A DNA stretch of 59,837 nucleotides from a virus. Taxonomy: Duplodnaviria > Caudoviricetes. Where the stretch lies: the IMG/VR virus record IMGVR_UViG_3300035071_000150, positions 1 to 59,837 of that record, one strand, 5' to 3'. Below the pieces are notes generated by a model. That model was not told where the DNA came from. It did no database searches and saw only the letters and a list, made by a program, of their open reading frames with translations. Shown here piece after piece: positions 17,831 through 27,753 of the stretch (the first letter of the stretch is position 1; the number at the start of each line of letters is the position of its first letter). The position numbers and the translations under genes were made by a program.

Positions 17831-18943
17831 TTACAGTTTCATATACCAGCCCCCAAGCCGGGTAGGTTGCAACAACGGGAACGGATTTCCGCCACCTGTG
17901 TTCGCGTTGGTTATGTTGGCCGTCCCGCTGTCGGTTATGTCCGCCTGAGACGATGATGAAACGGCGCCGCCGAGATAGCCGCCGTTCCCAGAGCTTCCGC
18001 CAAACGTCGTCGTGTGAGTGTGACCGGAATCTGTCGCGACGTGCGTATGCGATGGCATCTGGTCGGATGTTGGTTGGAAACCTTGAAACCCGGCCGCCGC
18101 GCCGATCTGTTGCGCGTCAGTGAAAAACGATGACCGCCACGATACCCCCGACCCAGCCGCGGGCGTGACTGACACCGTGACGTTCGTTCCGCTGATAGCG
18201 GTGACTTGGCCCGCCGCGACGCCATTGATGATGGCGTATTGTCCAACGGCGATGTTGGCCGCGCTGGTGACCGGCACAACGCCAGTCGACCCGTTTGGGG
18301 AGCACGTCGTGATGGCTTGTATTTTACCTGCCGCCGTCGCGCCCATGTCATCGACGCCAGCCGCCACGAGACCTTGCATCGAGGGGATGACGATGGTTTT
18401 ATTCGCGGTGAAGTCAGCGGGCGCCGAGACGCCGCGACCTCCAGAAACAGCGGCAATGCTGTTCGGCAATCCGTTCCATAAAAAGGAGAACAGATTATTG
18501 GCGTTCGCCGCCGCGTATTCGGTCGCCCCAGACGCGAGATTCCCCAGCGTGTTGCCGTTCATGCGGACGAATCCGACTATTTGGCCGCTCGTCAATCGCC
18601 AAATCGGATCGCCGGTCTGGAATATTTCATCCGCGGTGACGACGATGCCGCCGCCGCCCGATGGGGGGGGCGGGTTGTCGATTCCTTGCGCGTAGGAAAG
18701 CAGCACGCCATTCGCCGCGGCCACCTTGACGCTATAAGTGCCGTAGGGGACGTAAATCGGCGGGAATAGCCCGGTGACGCTCGCCACGACCGGCCATGGA
18801 AGCACGTAGGTTAGCGTTGGCTCGCTATAGACGATGAGCGGCGTCGTCGTGTCGCCGGCATAGAAATACGCCACGGCGCCAGCGGCGAAGGAGCCGGCGG
18901 ACGTGAAGACCGGCGTCGGGACGGGATTCCAAATAAAGGCGAT
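17831..18943 (-). CDS. Tail fibre/collar-domain protein; apparent ATC start at 18943
   Basis: AYFYAG.TTTP..VY N-terminal motif, collar-like GFVRMNG..LF..LW, and MPSHTH...LQPT....YMKL end; AGGAGG lies 5 nt before the ATC. Confidence 0.78.
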   Translation of the reverse strand: MAFIWNPVPTPVFTSAGSFAAGAVAYFYAGDTTTPLIVYSEPTLTYVLPWPVVASVTGLFPPIYVPYGTYSVKVAAANGVLLSYAQGIDNPPPPSGGGGIVVTADEIFQTGDPIWRLTSGQIVGFVRMNGNTLGNLASGATEYAAANANNLFSFLWNGLPNSIAAVSGGRGVSAPADFTANKTIVIPSMQGLVAAGVDDMGATAAGKIQAITTCSPNGSTGVVPVTSAANIAVGQYAIINGVAAGQVTAISGTNVTVSVTPAAGSGVSWRSSFFTDAQQIGAAAGFQGFQPTSDQMPSHTHVATDSGHTHTTTFGGSSGNGGYLGGAVSSSSQADITDSGTANITNANTGGGNPFPLLQPTRLGGWYMKL

Positions 18944-19025
18944 CTCAGCCTCCTATTTCACTTGCTCGCGCTAGCGTGCTATTTCCCCGGCGGGGAACCG
19001 GACCAGAATAATTTTGGAGGGGTTG

Positions 19026-19412
19026 ATGCGGGCTCATTGCATATTGGCGCTGATTGGCGCGGCGTTATCCGGCTGCAGTTCGGCGGCGACCACCACTTCA
19101 TTCGTTGGGCCATCGGGCACGCAAATCCACTCCGCGAAGTGCGGGGGCTCTCCCCAGAGTTGCTACCAAGAGGCCGCGAGAATTTGCGGCGCTCCCTACC
19201 AAGTTCTCGACAGCGAAAGTCATGCGGGGGGACTGGTCGCCGATGTCATGCCGGGTCCGGTCACTTGGTATGGGATGACCTACAGTTGCGGGAAATCAGA
19301 TGGGCGCCTGCCAAATTTCCCGTTCAGAGGCCAGACCTACGTTCCAGACTCAGGCCCCACGGTCACGAACTGTAACGCTATCGGGCATTCGTTGAACTGC
19401 ACCACCTATTAG
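19026..19412 (+). CDS. Lipoprotein moron (superinfection-exclusion candidate)
   Basis: MRAHCILALIGAALSG-C lipobox; antisense to the late operon beside the ejection genes. Confidence 0.75.
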   Translation: MRAHCILALIGAALSGCSSAATTTSFVGPSGTQIHSAKCGGSPQSCYQEAARICGAPYQVLDSESHAGGLVADVMPGPVTWYGMTYSCGKSDGRLPNFPFRGQTYVPDSGPTVTNCNAIGHSLNCTTY

Positions 19413-21526
19413 TGGTTGCGCTGCCCTTGCGAATGGCTTTGCCGCGCCCTCTCAGCCAGGATTTCCTTCATGAGAAGGTCAGAGACTCCTGTCTTGAACG
19501 CCTTGGCGAGTTGCGAACTGGCCTGGACCGTTCGCACCGCCCGTTCATAGACCGATGGATCGCGCGAAGTCAGTCCTTCCGCGACATGCTGCATGACGCG
19601 CTCGTCGAGGCCCTTGGCGCCATGCTGGATAAATGCACGGAGAATGCCGACGAGATGGAACGCCGATCCAAGCGCGCCGCCATGCGTGACGATATCCTTC
19701 AACTGTTGCGCCGTGGTGGAATTGCCCGTCACCGCATTGCGCAATTGGTCCATGACGGCCTCGACATGGAGATGCGCTTCGAGTTGGCGAGCGCGGTTTG
19801 GCCCGATAGCCATTTCGATGCGCTGCTTGGCGGCGGGAGAATTGAAAGCGGCGTCGATCACCGCATTGCGGTTGGCCCCTTTCTCTTTAAGGAGATCTTC
19901 CATCTTCGACATGAAGCCATGCGCGAACAATTCCCGCTCGGCGGGATTGAACGATTTAATCGCCTTGGCGAAATCGTGGTTCTCGCCCTTCGCCGTGACG
20001 AATTTCTCGCCGGCCTCCAGCGCGTCCCCCGCGCCAAAAAACTTGGCCGCCGTGCTTCTGGCGTCGGCATAGGACGGGACGGCCTCATCAAGCTCCGCGA
20101 CGATTTTCTTCTTCAACTCGGTTAGCGTCGCGGCTTCGTTCTTTTCGCCGGCCCGTTTCGCCACGTCGATTTTATCGTCTAGATTGCGTTTGACGTGATC
20201 CCAGAATTGCAACGCGGGAATTGGCGTTTCGCCATTTTCCCCAGCGCGCAATTGCATGACGCCACTTTCGCTTTCTTGGAATGGATTCTTGGTCGGCTTA
20301 AACCCGTGGGCGACATCGTAATTTCGCCCCGTCTTCGTCGCGCCCTTGATCGCGTCTTGAACGGCTGGCGCGGCGCTTAACCGCTCCAATTCCGGCGTCC
20401 AGACGCCTTTCGCGCCTTCTTCATACGCCTTTTGATATTTTGGGCGGTTCGCCGCCGCCGCTCGCTCTTTGAGTTTATCGAGCGTTTGCGACGAATTTCC
20501 GCCACCAAGTTGCGTCAATCGATCCGCGATGCGGGACTGCTGGCCTTCGAACCGCGCCGCCGTTTCGCTTTGCAGAATGTCGCGCGCCTCGGGGGATATA
20601 TTCGCCGCCGTGCGGGCGAGTCGCCGGGTCGCTTCGCCACCGAGATCGGCAATATTGACCGGCAAGCCATTATCGGCCGCCGTTCCATGCTCTTGTGGCG
20701 TCAATCCGAGGCGGTTTATTTCCGATTCCGCTGGCGTCTCGCCCAAAGCAGCGCGACGCGCGATGATCTTGGCGCGATTGGCCTTATCCCGCTCCAGCGC
20801 CTCGCCGATAAGCTTCGTCGCCGCGCCCTCGGGATCAAAAAGCGACTTGACGACTTGCGGGATGCCGGTCGCATTGGCGACGAATTTGGCGATCGGAGCC
20901 GCGACTTCCACCAGAGGGACCGCCGCGCCGCCTATCCCGCCGCCCGTTAGAGCGCCTTCCGCTGTGTTTTTGGCGACTTCCGGTAGGTTGGTAAGGTCTG
21001 GGCTCGAACCCGCGCCATAGGCCGCCCCCTGAGCCGCGCCAGTCGCGATCCCCTGGCCGATGCGGCCCGCGATGGTGGGAGCGGCGACTTCCGCCCCAAT
21101 GGGGTTGACCACCGCGCCGCCGAGCGTTCCCAAGGTCGCCGCGATGGGGTGCTGTTCATTCGCGGCCTTGGTTAGCTCCTGCTCTTTCGCGAGGTTCTTG
21201 GAATATTCGCCGAACTCGCCACCAATGCCGGTTAACGCCTCGCCGAGAGCCGCGCCGCGATCCGCGAGCCCGAACGTCGCCGCGTTGGCGACGCTGCGGC
21301 CAAGGGTGTCGACAACACCTGGAGCCTCGACATTGGCCCCCTGCGGGCCGACAATATCCGCGAACAAATTAGCCTTGGCGTGAGGCGTCACCGCGAGCGC
21401 GGGGCGCGGGCCAAAATCTGTCTGACGCGGGGCGCTGGGGGGAGCGGGTTGCGATTGCTGCGTCGGTGCTGGGACAGGCTGCGCCTCCCCCCCGGAAGAC
21501 GACAGGATGTCGTCAAACAATCCCAT
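19409..21526 (-). CDS. DNA ejection (pilot) protein
   Basis: 705 aa, helical, Gly/Ala-rich; third gene in the P22 gp7/gp20/gp16-like position. Confidence 0.7.
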   Translation of the reverse strand: MGLFDDILSSSGGEAQPVPAPTQQSQPAPPSAPRQTDFGPRPALAVTPHAKANLFADIVGPQGANVEAPGVVDTLGRSVANAATFGLADRGAALGEALTGIGGEFGEYSKNLAKEQELTKAANEQHPIAATLGTLGGAVVNPIGAEVAAPTIAGRIGQGIATGAAQGAAYGAGSSPDLTNLPEVAKNTAEGALTGGGIGGAAVPLVEVAAPIAKFVANATGIPQVVKSLFDPEGAATKLIGEALERDKANRAKIIARRAALGETPAESEINRLGLTPQEHGTAADNGLPVNIADLGGEATRRLARTAANISPEARDILQSETAARFEGQQSRIADRLTQLGGGNSSQTLDKLKERAAAANRPKYQKAYEEGAKGVWTPELERLSAAPAVQDAIKGATKTGRNYDVAHGFKPTKNPFQESESGVMQLRAGENGETPIPALQFWDHVKRNLDDKIDVAKRAGEKNEAATLTELKKKIVAELDEAVPSYADARSTAAKFFGAGDALEAGEKFVTAKGENHDFAKAIKSFNPAERELFAHGFMSKMEDLLKEKGANRNAVIDAAFNSPAAKQRIEMAIGPNRARQLEAHLHVEAVMDQLRNAVTGNSTTAQQLKDIVTHGGALGSAFHLVGILRAFIQHGAKGLDERVMQHVAEGLTSRDPSVYERAVRTVQASSQLAKAFKTGVSDLLMKEILAERARQSHSQGQRNH

Positions 21527-23844
21527 TATTGCAGCCCGTAGAGCGACGGATTAATCCCATACCCCTGCAAGCGCTGGCCGATGGCCGCCTTTTGCGCCGG
21601 CGTGATGTTAGGCTGCGACCATGCCGACTTGGCGTCCTGAATGGCCATCGCGGGAGTGTAGCCTTGCGGAAGTGGCTGACGTGGCTCCGTCGCCGTGGCT
21701 CCAGTTTGTGGAGGCGCGGCGCCTTGTTCGTTCCCGCCAGCGGTGAATACCCCGGCCTCGGGGCTAAGTGGCTGCGCGCTGATCCCTTCCATCGCCGGCT
21801 TACCCTTGCGGATGTTTTTCAGCATCGCCTGAGCGACTTGGGGAGATTTATGCGCTAGGTCGATTTCCGCCTGCATTTGGTCCAGCGTCGCGTTATAAGC
21901 GTCTGGTCCAGTCGCCGTCGAAAGCATTTGCTGCGCGTGCTCCTTGTCCGAGACGGTTGGCGTCCCGTTCGGATTGATCGCGCGGGCATAGGTGTTGATG
22001 ATGGCGAGATTGGCCGCGCCGAATTTGGCGAGCGCCGGGTCGCTGGTCCCGGCCTGAACCGCCTGAATCGCCTTGGTGACCGGAACCCAATTGCCGCGCG
22101 GCACTTCATTCGACGCCTGCCGCCCAAGGGCGATGGCGCCCTGCGCCTCGGTCGAAGCGCTTGCCATGCGCGCGGTTTGCGTGCCGAATGTCCGCTGTTG
22201 CGCGTTTAGGCCAGCCTGTTCGGCGCTGGCCTCAAGCAAATCCTTGGCGTCGATGCCGCGCTCGGCCGCCTTTTGAGCGACCAAGCCTTGCACCTTGGAA
22301 ATATTCTCCGCGCCTTGCGCGCCGCGCCCAAGTCCGGTCATCGCCTTGGTGTCACCGGCAAGAATCCGCTCGGCGAGGAAATCCGCCGTTTGATCCGGCA
22401 TGGAGGCCGCGCCTTGGCCCTTGTAAAGCACCTTGCCATCGGGGCCGACCAATGCCGCGCCGGCGCCGACGACATGCGGCTGCAATCCCTTGACACCACC
22501 AATGGCTTCCCATTGTTCAAACGTCTTTGGCTCGCCACCGGCCTCGGTCGTCTGCTTCTTGTAATATTCGTAATTCTTTTGTTCGTTGGTTTGCGTGTCC
22601 TTGTCGGACGCGATGGCTTCAGGCTTTCCGGTTTGGGTGTTTATCGTCCAGACGCGGGTATCTTCGGCTGGAATGCCAAACGCCGTTTTCTGTTGCGGCG
22701 TCATCGGCGCGACTTGGCCAGTCTGCTCGCCAAACCGCTTGATCAACGCCTCGCCGATCGGCTTCATCGTCGGGCTCTGCAGCATCGCATAGGCTTGGCC
22801 TAGCGTGTAGTTGCGGCCTCCAAACGAGACGGTTCCGGCTGGCGCGGCGGCGGTCGCCACGGCTGGGGCGGACGTGTCCGGTGTCGGCGTGATTTGTGGC
22901 GTGGGTTGGCCGCTCGCGACATTATCGGGCGAGACCGACGAAGCCACGCCGGGGCCAGCGACAAGATTAGCGGGGGCGCGCGTCGCGGGATTCCCCAGAA
23001 CACCGGCAGGCTGCTCTTGACCGCCATTCAGCGAAGCGACGGCGCTCAAATACGGCATTCTCGCCGCAATGGCCCCGGCCTTGTCCTTCGGGTTCTCATA
23101 TTGATTGACGAACGCCGTCAGATTGTCTTGGGGCGACGAATTCGGGTCATTCAACTGCTGCCACAATTGAGGATAATTATGCTGCAAATCCCATTGCACG
23201 AACGCCGTTTGCGTGGCGCGCGACGTTGGGTCGCCGCCAGTCTGGCGCGCGTAATTGAGCAATTGCGCTTGGCGCGGACCGTTCCAATTGGCGATGCCAA
23301 ACGCGCCTTTTGGATTGATGACGCCGCCGGCGTCCGTTCCGGTATTGTTTTGGCTGTTCGGATCGAGAGACGCGCCGGACTCTCCAGAAAGTCCAGCCAC
23401 AACCGCGCTAGCGCCAGCATGGGGGAGACCCCACGCGCGCGCGTTGCCATAGGTCGATGACTGTTCCGGCGTGACGCCTTTCGCTGATCCCGGCGCGGTC
23501 GGCAATACGCCTTGCATGGACGGCGACGACGAAGGCGACGCGGCAGGCGGATTATACGCCACGGGCGCGGCCGCAGGCGCATTGGCCGGCGCGGGCTGCT
23601 CGCCATTCAACCCGCTAAACAGCCGATGCAGGAAGCTCTGCGGGACCGGAGGAGGCCCAATCGGCGCGGGATTGTAAGGCTGTCCGTTGAACGCGGCGGT
23701 CGCGGCGTTGGCCTGCTGTAGTTGCAACGCCTGCTGATACGTCTGCAACGCTTGCTGATTGGCTTGGTCGTTCCCGGAGTTGAGCGTGTCGCCGATGCCG
23801 GAAAGCATCTGGTAGAATGGGACTGCCGGGACAGTATAACCCAT
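21526..23844 (-). CDS. Ejection protein with phage tail-type lysozyme domain
   Basis: A.AVVAGLSGESG..LDP...AFGIANWNGPR..L...F...YENP motif. Confidence 0.78.
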   Translation of the reverse strand: MGYTVPAVPFYQMLSGIGDTLNSGNDQANQQALQTYQQALQLQQANAATAAFNGQPYNPAPIGPPPVPQSFLHRLFSGLNGEQPAPANAPAAAPVAYNPPAASPSSSPSMQGVLPTAPGSAKGVTPEQSSTYGNARAWGLPHAGASAVVAGLSGESGASLDPNSQNNTGTDAGGVINPKGAFGIANWNGPRQAQLLNYARQTGGDPTSRATQTAFVQWDLQHNYPQLWQQLNDPNSSPQDNLTAFVNQYENPKDKAGAIAARMPYLSAVASLNGGQEQPAGVLGNPATRAPANLVAGPGVASSVSPDNVASGQPTPQITPTPDTSAPAVATAAAPAGTVSFGGRNYTLGQAYAMLQSPTMKPIGEALIKRFGEQTGQVAPMTPQQKTAFGIPAEDTRVWTINTQTGKPEAIASDKDTQTNEQKNYEYYKKQTTEAGGEPKTFEQWEAIGGVKGLQPHVVGAGAALVGPDGKVLYKGQGAASMPDQTADFLAERILAGDTKAMTGLGRGAQGAENISKVQGLVAQKAAERGIDAKDLLEASAEQAGLNAQQRTFGTQTARMASASTEAQGAIALGRQASNEVPRGNWVPVTKAIQAVQAGTSDPALAKFGAANLAIINTYARAINPNGTPTVSDKEHAQQMLSTATGPDAYNATLDQMQAEIDLAHKSPQVAQAMLKNIRKGKPAMEGISAQPLSPEAGVFTAGGNEQGAAPPQTGATATEPRQPLPQGYTPAMAIQDAKSAWSQPNITPAQKAAIGQRLQGYGINPSLYGLQ

Positions 23845-23845
23845 G

Positions 23846-24727
23846 TTAGGCGGCCTTCTTGTTCAGAGCGGCATGATACATGGCGTGAGCATCTACAACT
23901 TTGTGCTTACCGATCTTCTTGACGGCGGCGGGATTTTTCTTCTCGATGTCCTGCGCCATTGGACCGACAACCTTCGGATAGCTCTTGGGGTCTCCCCTAT
24001 AGCGATAGGCATAAAGCGTCTGACCGTTCTCGTCCTCGCCAAGCTTGGTTATGTCTGTCTTATCATTTTCATCCGACGAATACAGCTTCGCGCCCAAGTT
24101 CGCCCCGCCAGCCAACGCGGAGAAGAGATTGGCTTGCGCTTGGTTGTTCGCCGTCATGTCGGCGTTGGCGCCAGCGGTGAGCCCTTGCGCCGCGTTGTTC
24201 GCCGCGCCGGTGATCACGTTCGCCTGATTTTGACCAAGGCCGGTCTGGATATTCGCCAGCGATTGCTCGACGCCGGTTTGACCAGCGGCTGCCTGCAAGC
24301 CTTGCGAGTTGAGGCCATTCAGATTATTGAGCCAATTGCTGTATTGCTGCTGCGCCTGCCCTTGGCCATAATTCTGGAGCGCGATGGCCGCGTTGCCGGA
24401 GCCGAATGCGCCGCCCTGCGCCGCCGAGCGATCGACGGCTTGCGTTCCTTGCTGCAATTGGAAATTATAGCCCGGCGATGTTTCGAAAGCGTTATTCGCC
24501 GCCGTGTTGCCAGACGCGCCGTTGAGCCCCAAGGCGTTGGCATACATCGTATTGGCGTTGTTGCCGGTCGCCGTGTAAGGGTTGAAATAATTGGTCGAGA
24601 AGTCGGCGGTGGCGTTATTGGCGGCGGTTTGAAGGTCGCCGTTAGCCTGCGTCGCCGCGATCTGTTGCAGGAGCGCGGCCTGAGTGGCGGCCTGCGATCC
24701 GCCTGTATTTCCGCCAAATAAGCCCAT
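23846..24727 (-). CDS. gp7-like DNA transfer protein with C-terminal S74-like domain
   Basis: Asn/Gln/Ala-rich body with F.TSPGY.FQL.QG; C-terminal SD..K.DI..LG..Y.YRY..GPMAQDIE. Confidence 0.72.
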   Translation of the reverse strand: MGLFGGNTGGSQAATQAALLQQIAATQANGDLQTAANNATADFSTNYFNPYTATGNNANTMYANALGLNGASGNTAANNAFETSPGYNFQLQQGTQAVDRSAAQGGAFGSGNAAIALQNYGQGQAQQQYSNWLNNLNGLNSQGLQAAAGQTGVEQSLANIQTGLGQNQANVITGAANNAAQGLTAGANADMTANNQAQANLFSALAGGANLGAKLYSSDENDKTDITKLGEDENGQTLYAYRYRGDPKSYPKVVGPMAQDIEKKNPAAVKKIGKHKVVDAHAMYHAALNKKAA

Positions 24728-24748
24728 ATTTCAATACCTTATGCTGTA

Positions 24749-24916
24749 TTATCGCTTGCTCTTGGCCTTCGCGTCAAGGCGGTTTTGCCCCTTGGCGTCG
24801 GCTTTCTTGTCGGCGGCGCTACGCTCGTATTTCGCGAGCGGCATCCCCATTTTCTTGGCGTTTCTCTTGTCTTCGGCCTTGTCGGCGGGGGAGTTCTCGA
24901 AGCGCTTCGCTTTCAT
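24749..24916 (-). CDS. Small Lys-rich protein
   Basis: GAGG RBS; FENSPADKAED...KKMGMP..YERSAADKKAD. Confidence 0.6.
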   Translation of the reverse strand: MKAKRFENSPADKAEDKRNAKKMGMPLAKYERSAADKKADAKGQNRLDAKAKSKR

Positions 24917-24923
24917 CTCAACC

Positions 24924-25127
24924 TCACGGCTTGCCGGATTTATAGCTGTCGGTCTTGCCGCCGGCGGAGCCAGACGCCCAACGGTCTTTCTCGCCCCCGG
25001 CCTTTCCGCTCGCCCACCGGTCATTGCTGTTGCGCGACGCGCCCTTGGCCGCGCGATCCTGCGCCGCGACGGTATCCTTCGTCGGACGGTCGAAGTCCTT
25101 GTCGAGTTTCTTGTCCATGTTCGCCAT
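24924..25127 (-). CDS. Small charged protein
   Basis: 67 aa with DRWASG repeated twice. Confidence 0.55.
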   Translation of the reverse strand: MANMDKKLDKDFDRPTKDTVAAQDRAAKGASRNSNDRWASGKAGGEKDRWASGSAGGKTDSYKSGKP

Positions 25128-25370
25128 TTAGCTGATCCTAAGTTGAATTACCGAACCGTTTCGATACCACCCGCCGATAGGAACGCCGCCGGCCGCGGCC
25201 GCTGTATCATTCGCGTAGCTCGTCGACGCGGCGAGATTGGCCCCGTTTGGCGTTCCAGCGACATAGAGGAGGAGATTGAGCCAGAATTGCCGCCACGTCG
25301 GCCCCATCGTCGCGCCGTCCATCATTGGGACGCGCGGGTCAGGAAGGGGTGGGATAGAGCGAGCGGTCAT
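25128..25370 (-). CDS. Small virion-module protein
   Basis: YANDTAAAAGGVPIGGWYRNG motif; coupled to the HNH gene. Confidence 0.65.
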   Translation of the reverse strand: MTARSIPPLPDPRVPMMDGATMGPTWRQFWLNLLLYVAGTPNGANLAASTSYANDTAAAAGGVPIGGWYRNGSVIQLRIS

Positions 25371-25876
25371 TATTTAACTCTCGCGAATTCTTTATGAATT
25401 TTATCGGCAGCAATTTGGTAGGCAAACGAAGCGGCGGCGGGGCAGTCAAATGTCCCTATAGTGTATCGTTTACCATCAATCATTATTTTTGGGCGCCATC
25501 TATAAATAGATTTGTCATAATATACTCCCTTTAGACCAGTCGAACTGTCTGATCTAACAGAAACGTTCATTTGGTTTTGGCTTCTTGACACATGACGTAA
25601 ATTTCCCCATCTGTTGTCATGTTTTATCATATTTATATGATCTATCTCATTTTCCGGCCATTCCCCTGTCATCCAAAGCCACGCCAGACGGTGAGCAGCA
25701 TATATTTTTTTATCAATGGCGACCCGTATATAGCCCATAGGGCCGCGCGTTCCGGCTGCTTTGCCACAATTTTTCGTATTTTCCTCTTTGCGTAACTCGG
25801 GGCGAAATTTCCAAATCAGAAGTCCGGTATCTTCATTATAATCAATAACTTCTCTTAACCTGTCCTGCGTTAGCAT
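25370..25876 (-). CDS. HNH homing endonuclease with AP2 domain
   Basis: AHRLAW....IDHIN..KHDNRWGNLR..QN; S.TGLKGV...IGTF AP2-like tail; AT-rich. Confidence 0.9.
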   Translation of the reverse strand: MLTQDRLREVIDYNEDTGLLIWKFRPELRKEENTKNCGKAAGTRGPMGYIRVAIDKKIYAAHRLAWLWMTGEWPENEIDHINMIKHDNRWGNLRHVSRSQNQMNVSVRSDSSTGLKGVYYDKSIYRWRPKIMIDGKRYTIGTFDCPAAASFAYQIAADKIHKEFARVK

Positions 25877-25897
25877 GGTTTATATCTCCTAAGTGGA

Positions 25898-27352
25898 TTA
25901 TATAGATTCCATATACCCACTTATAAGCCCAACATAAACCGGATCACTCACCGTCAGCCGCCACACGCGCCCATAGCGCGAGGTCTGCCCGGATCGAAGG
26001 ACCGAGATGACCTGATAGCCGCGCCCGATCTTTCCTAATTTGCGCTCAAGCGGCATCGTGAATCTATTGCCGCCATCGTCCGACCATGAAACGCGAACGG
26101 TTGGGTTCGCCATGTTGTCGATGGTTGTATCGCTAACGGCCCCTTGCGTGACCAAGGTGTAATCATCATCCGATGGCGGCAGGCCGGTTCCAGGGACGAA
26201 GTTGAAATCCGCCCGCTTCACTATTTGGCGCATCGGGAAATTGGCGCATGGGAGTGAATAAAAATCATATATGAGCGCGCCGCCATACTCGGTAAAGGTG
26301 TTGGCCGATATTTGCCCCAGCTTCCCCGTGGCGTAGTCGCCGACGATCCAACCGCCGAACGCGAAGCACCCGCATTCGATGCGAGAGAAATTCATCCCCT
26401 CGCTCAACCGTTCCTGCCAAACCGAATTGGTGATGTCATAGGTCAGCGTGAAGTCGCTGCTGGTCAACTGCCAAATCGCATGGCCTTCGCTGACGTAAAC
26501 ACACGCCCGCAATGTCGTCTTGTCGGAGACATTCGAGATGCGGCGTTCCTGATCGCTCGTCGAGATGCGGACAGGCGCATACCCTTGCATCAAATAGACG
26601 ATGTTGTCATTGCCGACGAAGATCAGCGTCGCGGTGAAATTGCTCTCGAACCCGGCGACGGCGTTCGCGCTGATCAGCCCGCGCGGAATAACCGCCGCCC
26701 TGGAAAACGGGAAGCCTGCCGGATTGGCGGTATCGGTCCACGCCTCGATTGTCGCCTCGGTGAACAGGAACAATGTCTGCGCATAATAGACGCCGCGGAG
26801 AAGCGTCGTCGGCGACGAATTGACCGTGATTTGGTCCAAGAGATTGATGGTCGTCGCATACAGGCCAGAAGCCTGACAAACGCCGTTCCCATAGGTAAAA
26901 AAGAAATATCCATCGCCGTAACAAACCGAGTTCGGAACGCCGATGTTCGAATCGGGATATGGCGCCGGAGCCGATCCAACCGAAAGAAGATAGGTGGTAT
27001 TTGAGCCGACGCAAACGATGTCTGGACTTGAAATGTTATTGCGCGCCAAGCTCACAATGGCCGTCCCTATGAGCGGGCCAAGAGGGATTGAATTTCCCCC
27101 GGCGACGACAAGTTCGGCGAACCCATTATAGACGACGATGAGTTCGCCATCGTTTACCGAGATCATCCCGCGACAATGGACGGCGCCGCTCGCGCTTTGC
27201 GAGAAAGGCGCGATGCCGGGAGCGCGCTTGTAATTCACCTGCCCGTCTGGCATTTGCTCCATCAGCACATTGACCATGCGGCCAACGCCGGCTCTAGCCG
27301 GAACATCCTTCGCCGATGTGACCGGGAACGGGATTTTAATGGGGCGAGACAT
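25898..27352 (-). CDS. P22 gp10-like tail hub / DNA stabilisation protein
   Basis: 484 aa beta-rich; WSDDGG..F...LGKIG.....R.W...SDPV C-terminal motif. Confidence 0.85.
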   Translation of the reverse strand: MSRPIKIPFPVTSAKDVPARAGVGRMVNVLMEQMPDGQVNYKRAPGIAPFSQSASGAVHCRGMISVNDGELIVVYNGFAELVVAGGNSIPLGPLIGTAIVSLARNNISSPDIVCVGSNTTYLLSVGSAPAPYPDSNIGVPNSVCYGDGYFFFTYGNGVCQASGLYATTINLLDQITVNSSPTTLLRGVYYAQTLFLFTEATIEAWTDTANPAGFPFSRAAVIPRGLISANAVAGFESNFTATLIFVGNDNIVYLMQGYAPVRISTSDQERRISNVSDKTTLRACVYVSEGHAIWQLTSSDFTLTYDITNSVWQERLSEGMNFSRIECGCFAFGGWIVGDYATGKLGQISANTFTEYGGALIYDFYSLPCANFPMRQIVKRADFNFVPGTGLPPSDDDYTLVTQGAVSDTTIDNMANPTVRVSWSDDGGNRFTMPLERKLGKIGRGYQVISVLRSGQTSRYGRVWRLTVSDPVYVGLISGYMESI

Positions 27353-27753
27353 CAGTAGCTAGTGCTGCCGTAACGCCCGTTGCGGTAGCCGGAAAACTGC
27401 TCAACCCGCATGGTTTGCCGCGGCGTTCTCAGTCGCTTGATGTCCTTCAACGTCCGTTCCGCCTCGCCGTTCTTGCCGCCAACTTGCGTCATCACGGCGA
27501 TCTTCGCCGGGTCGGTTATCGCGAAGGCGTTATAGCTGGCGTTGGCGAGAATTTGCGCCAAGGGCAAAAGATCGGCGACCTCGATATTGCGCGGATCGAA
27601 CACGCCAACATCGCGCGCGTTCAAATCGGCGAACAAACTCGGGATGCGTTCCTCAAGCAGTTCCGCGTCTTCGGCCGCGATGGGCTGTCCCGGCTCCAAC
27701 ACGCCAAGCTCTTGCAATGTGAGCTTGATGAGTTGGTTTACGTTATAGGACAT
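27352..27753 (-). CDS. gp4-like head-tail adaptor
   Basis: LI..TLQELGVL..GQ....ED helical N-terminus; position before gp10. Confidence 0.7.
   Translation of the reverse strand: MSYNVNQLIKLTLQELGVLEPGQPIAAEDAELLEERIPSLFADLNARDVGVFDPRNIEVADLLPLAQILANASYNAFAITDPAKIAVMTQVGGKNGEAERTLKDIKRLRTPRQTMRVEQFSGYRNGRYGSTSY

Noticed and set aside
19409-23844. Tape measure protein or long tail
   Set aside because: No tail tube or sheath genes; the P22-type gp4/gp10 context fits ejection proteins.
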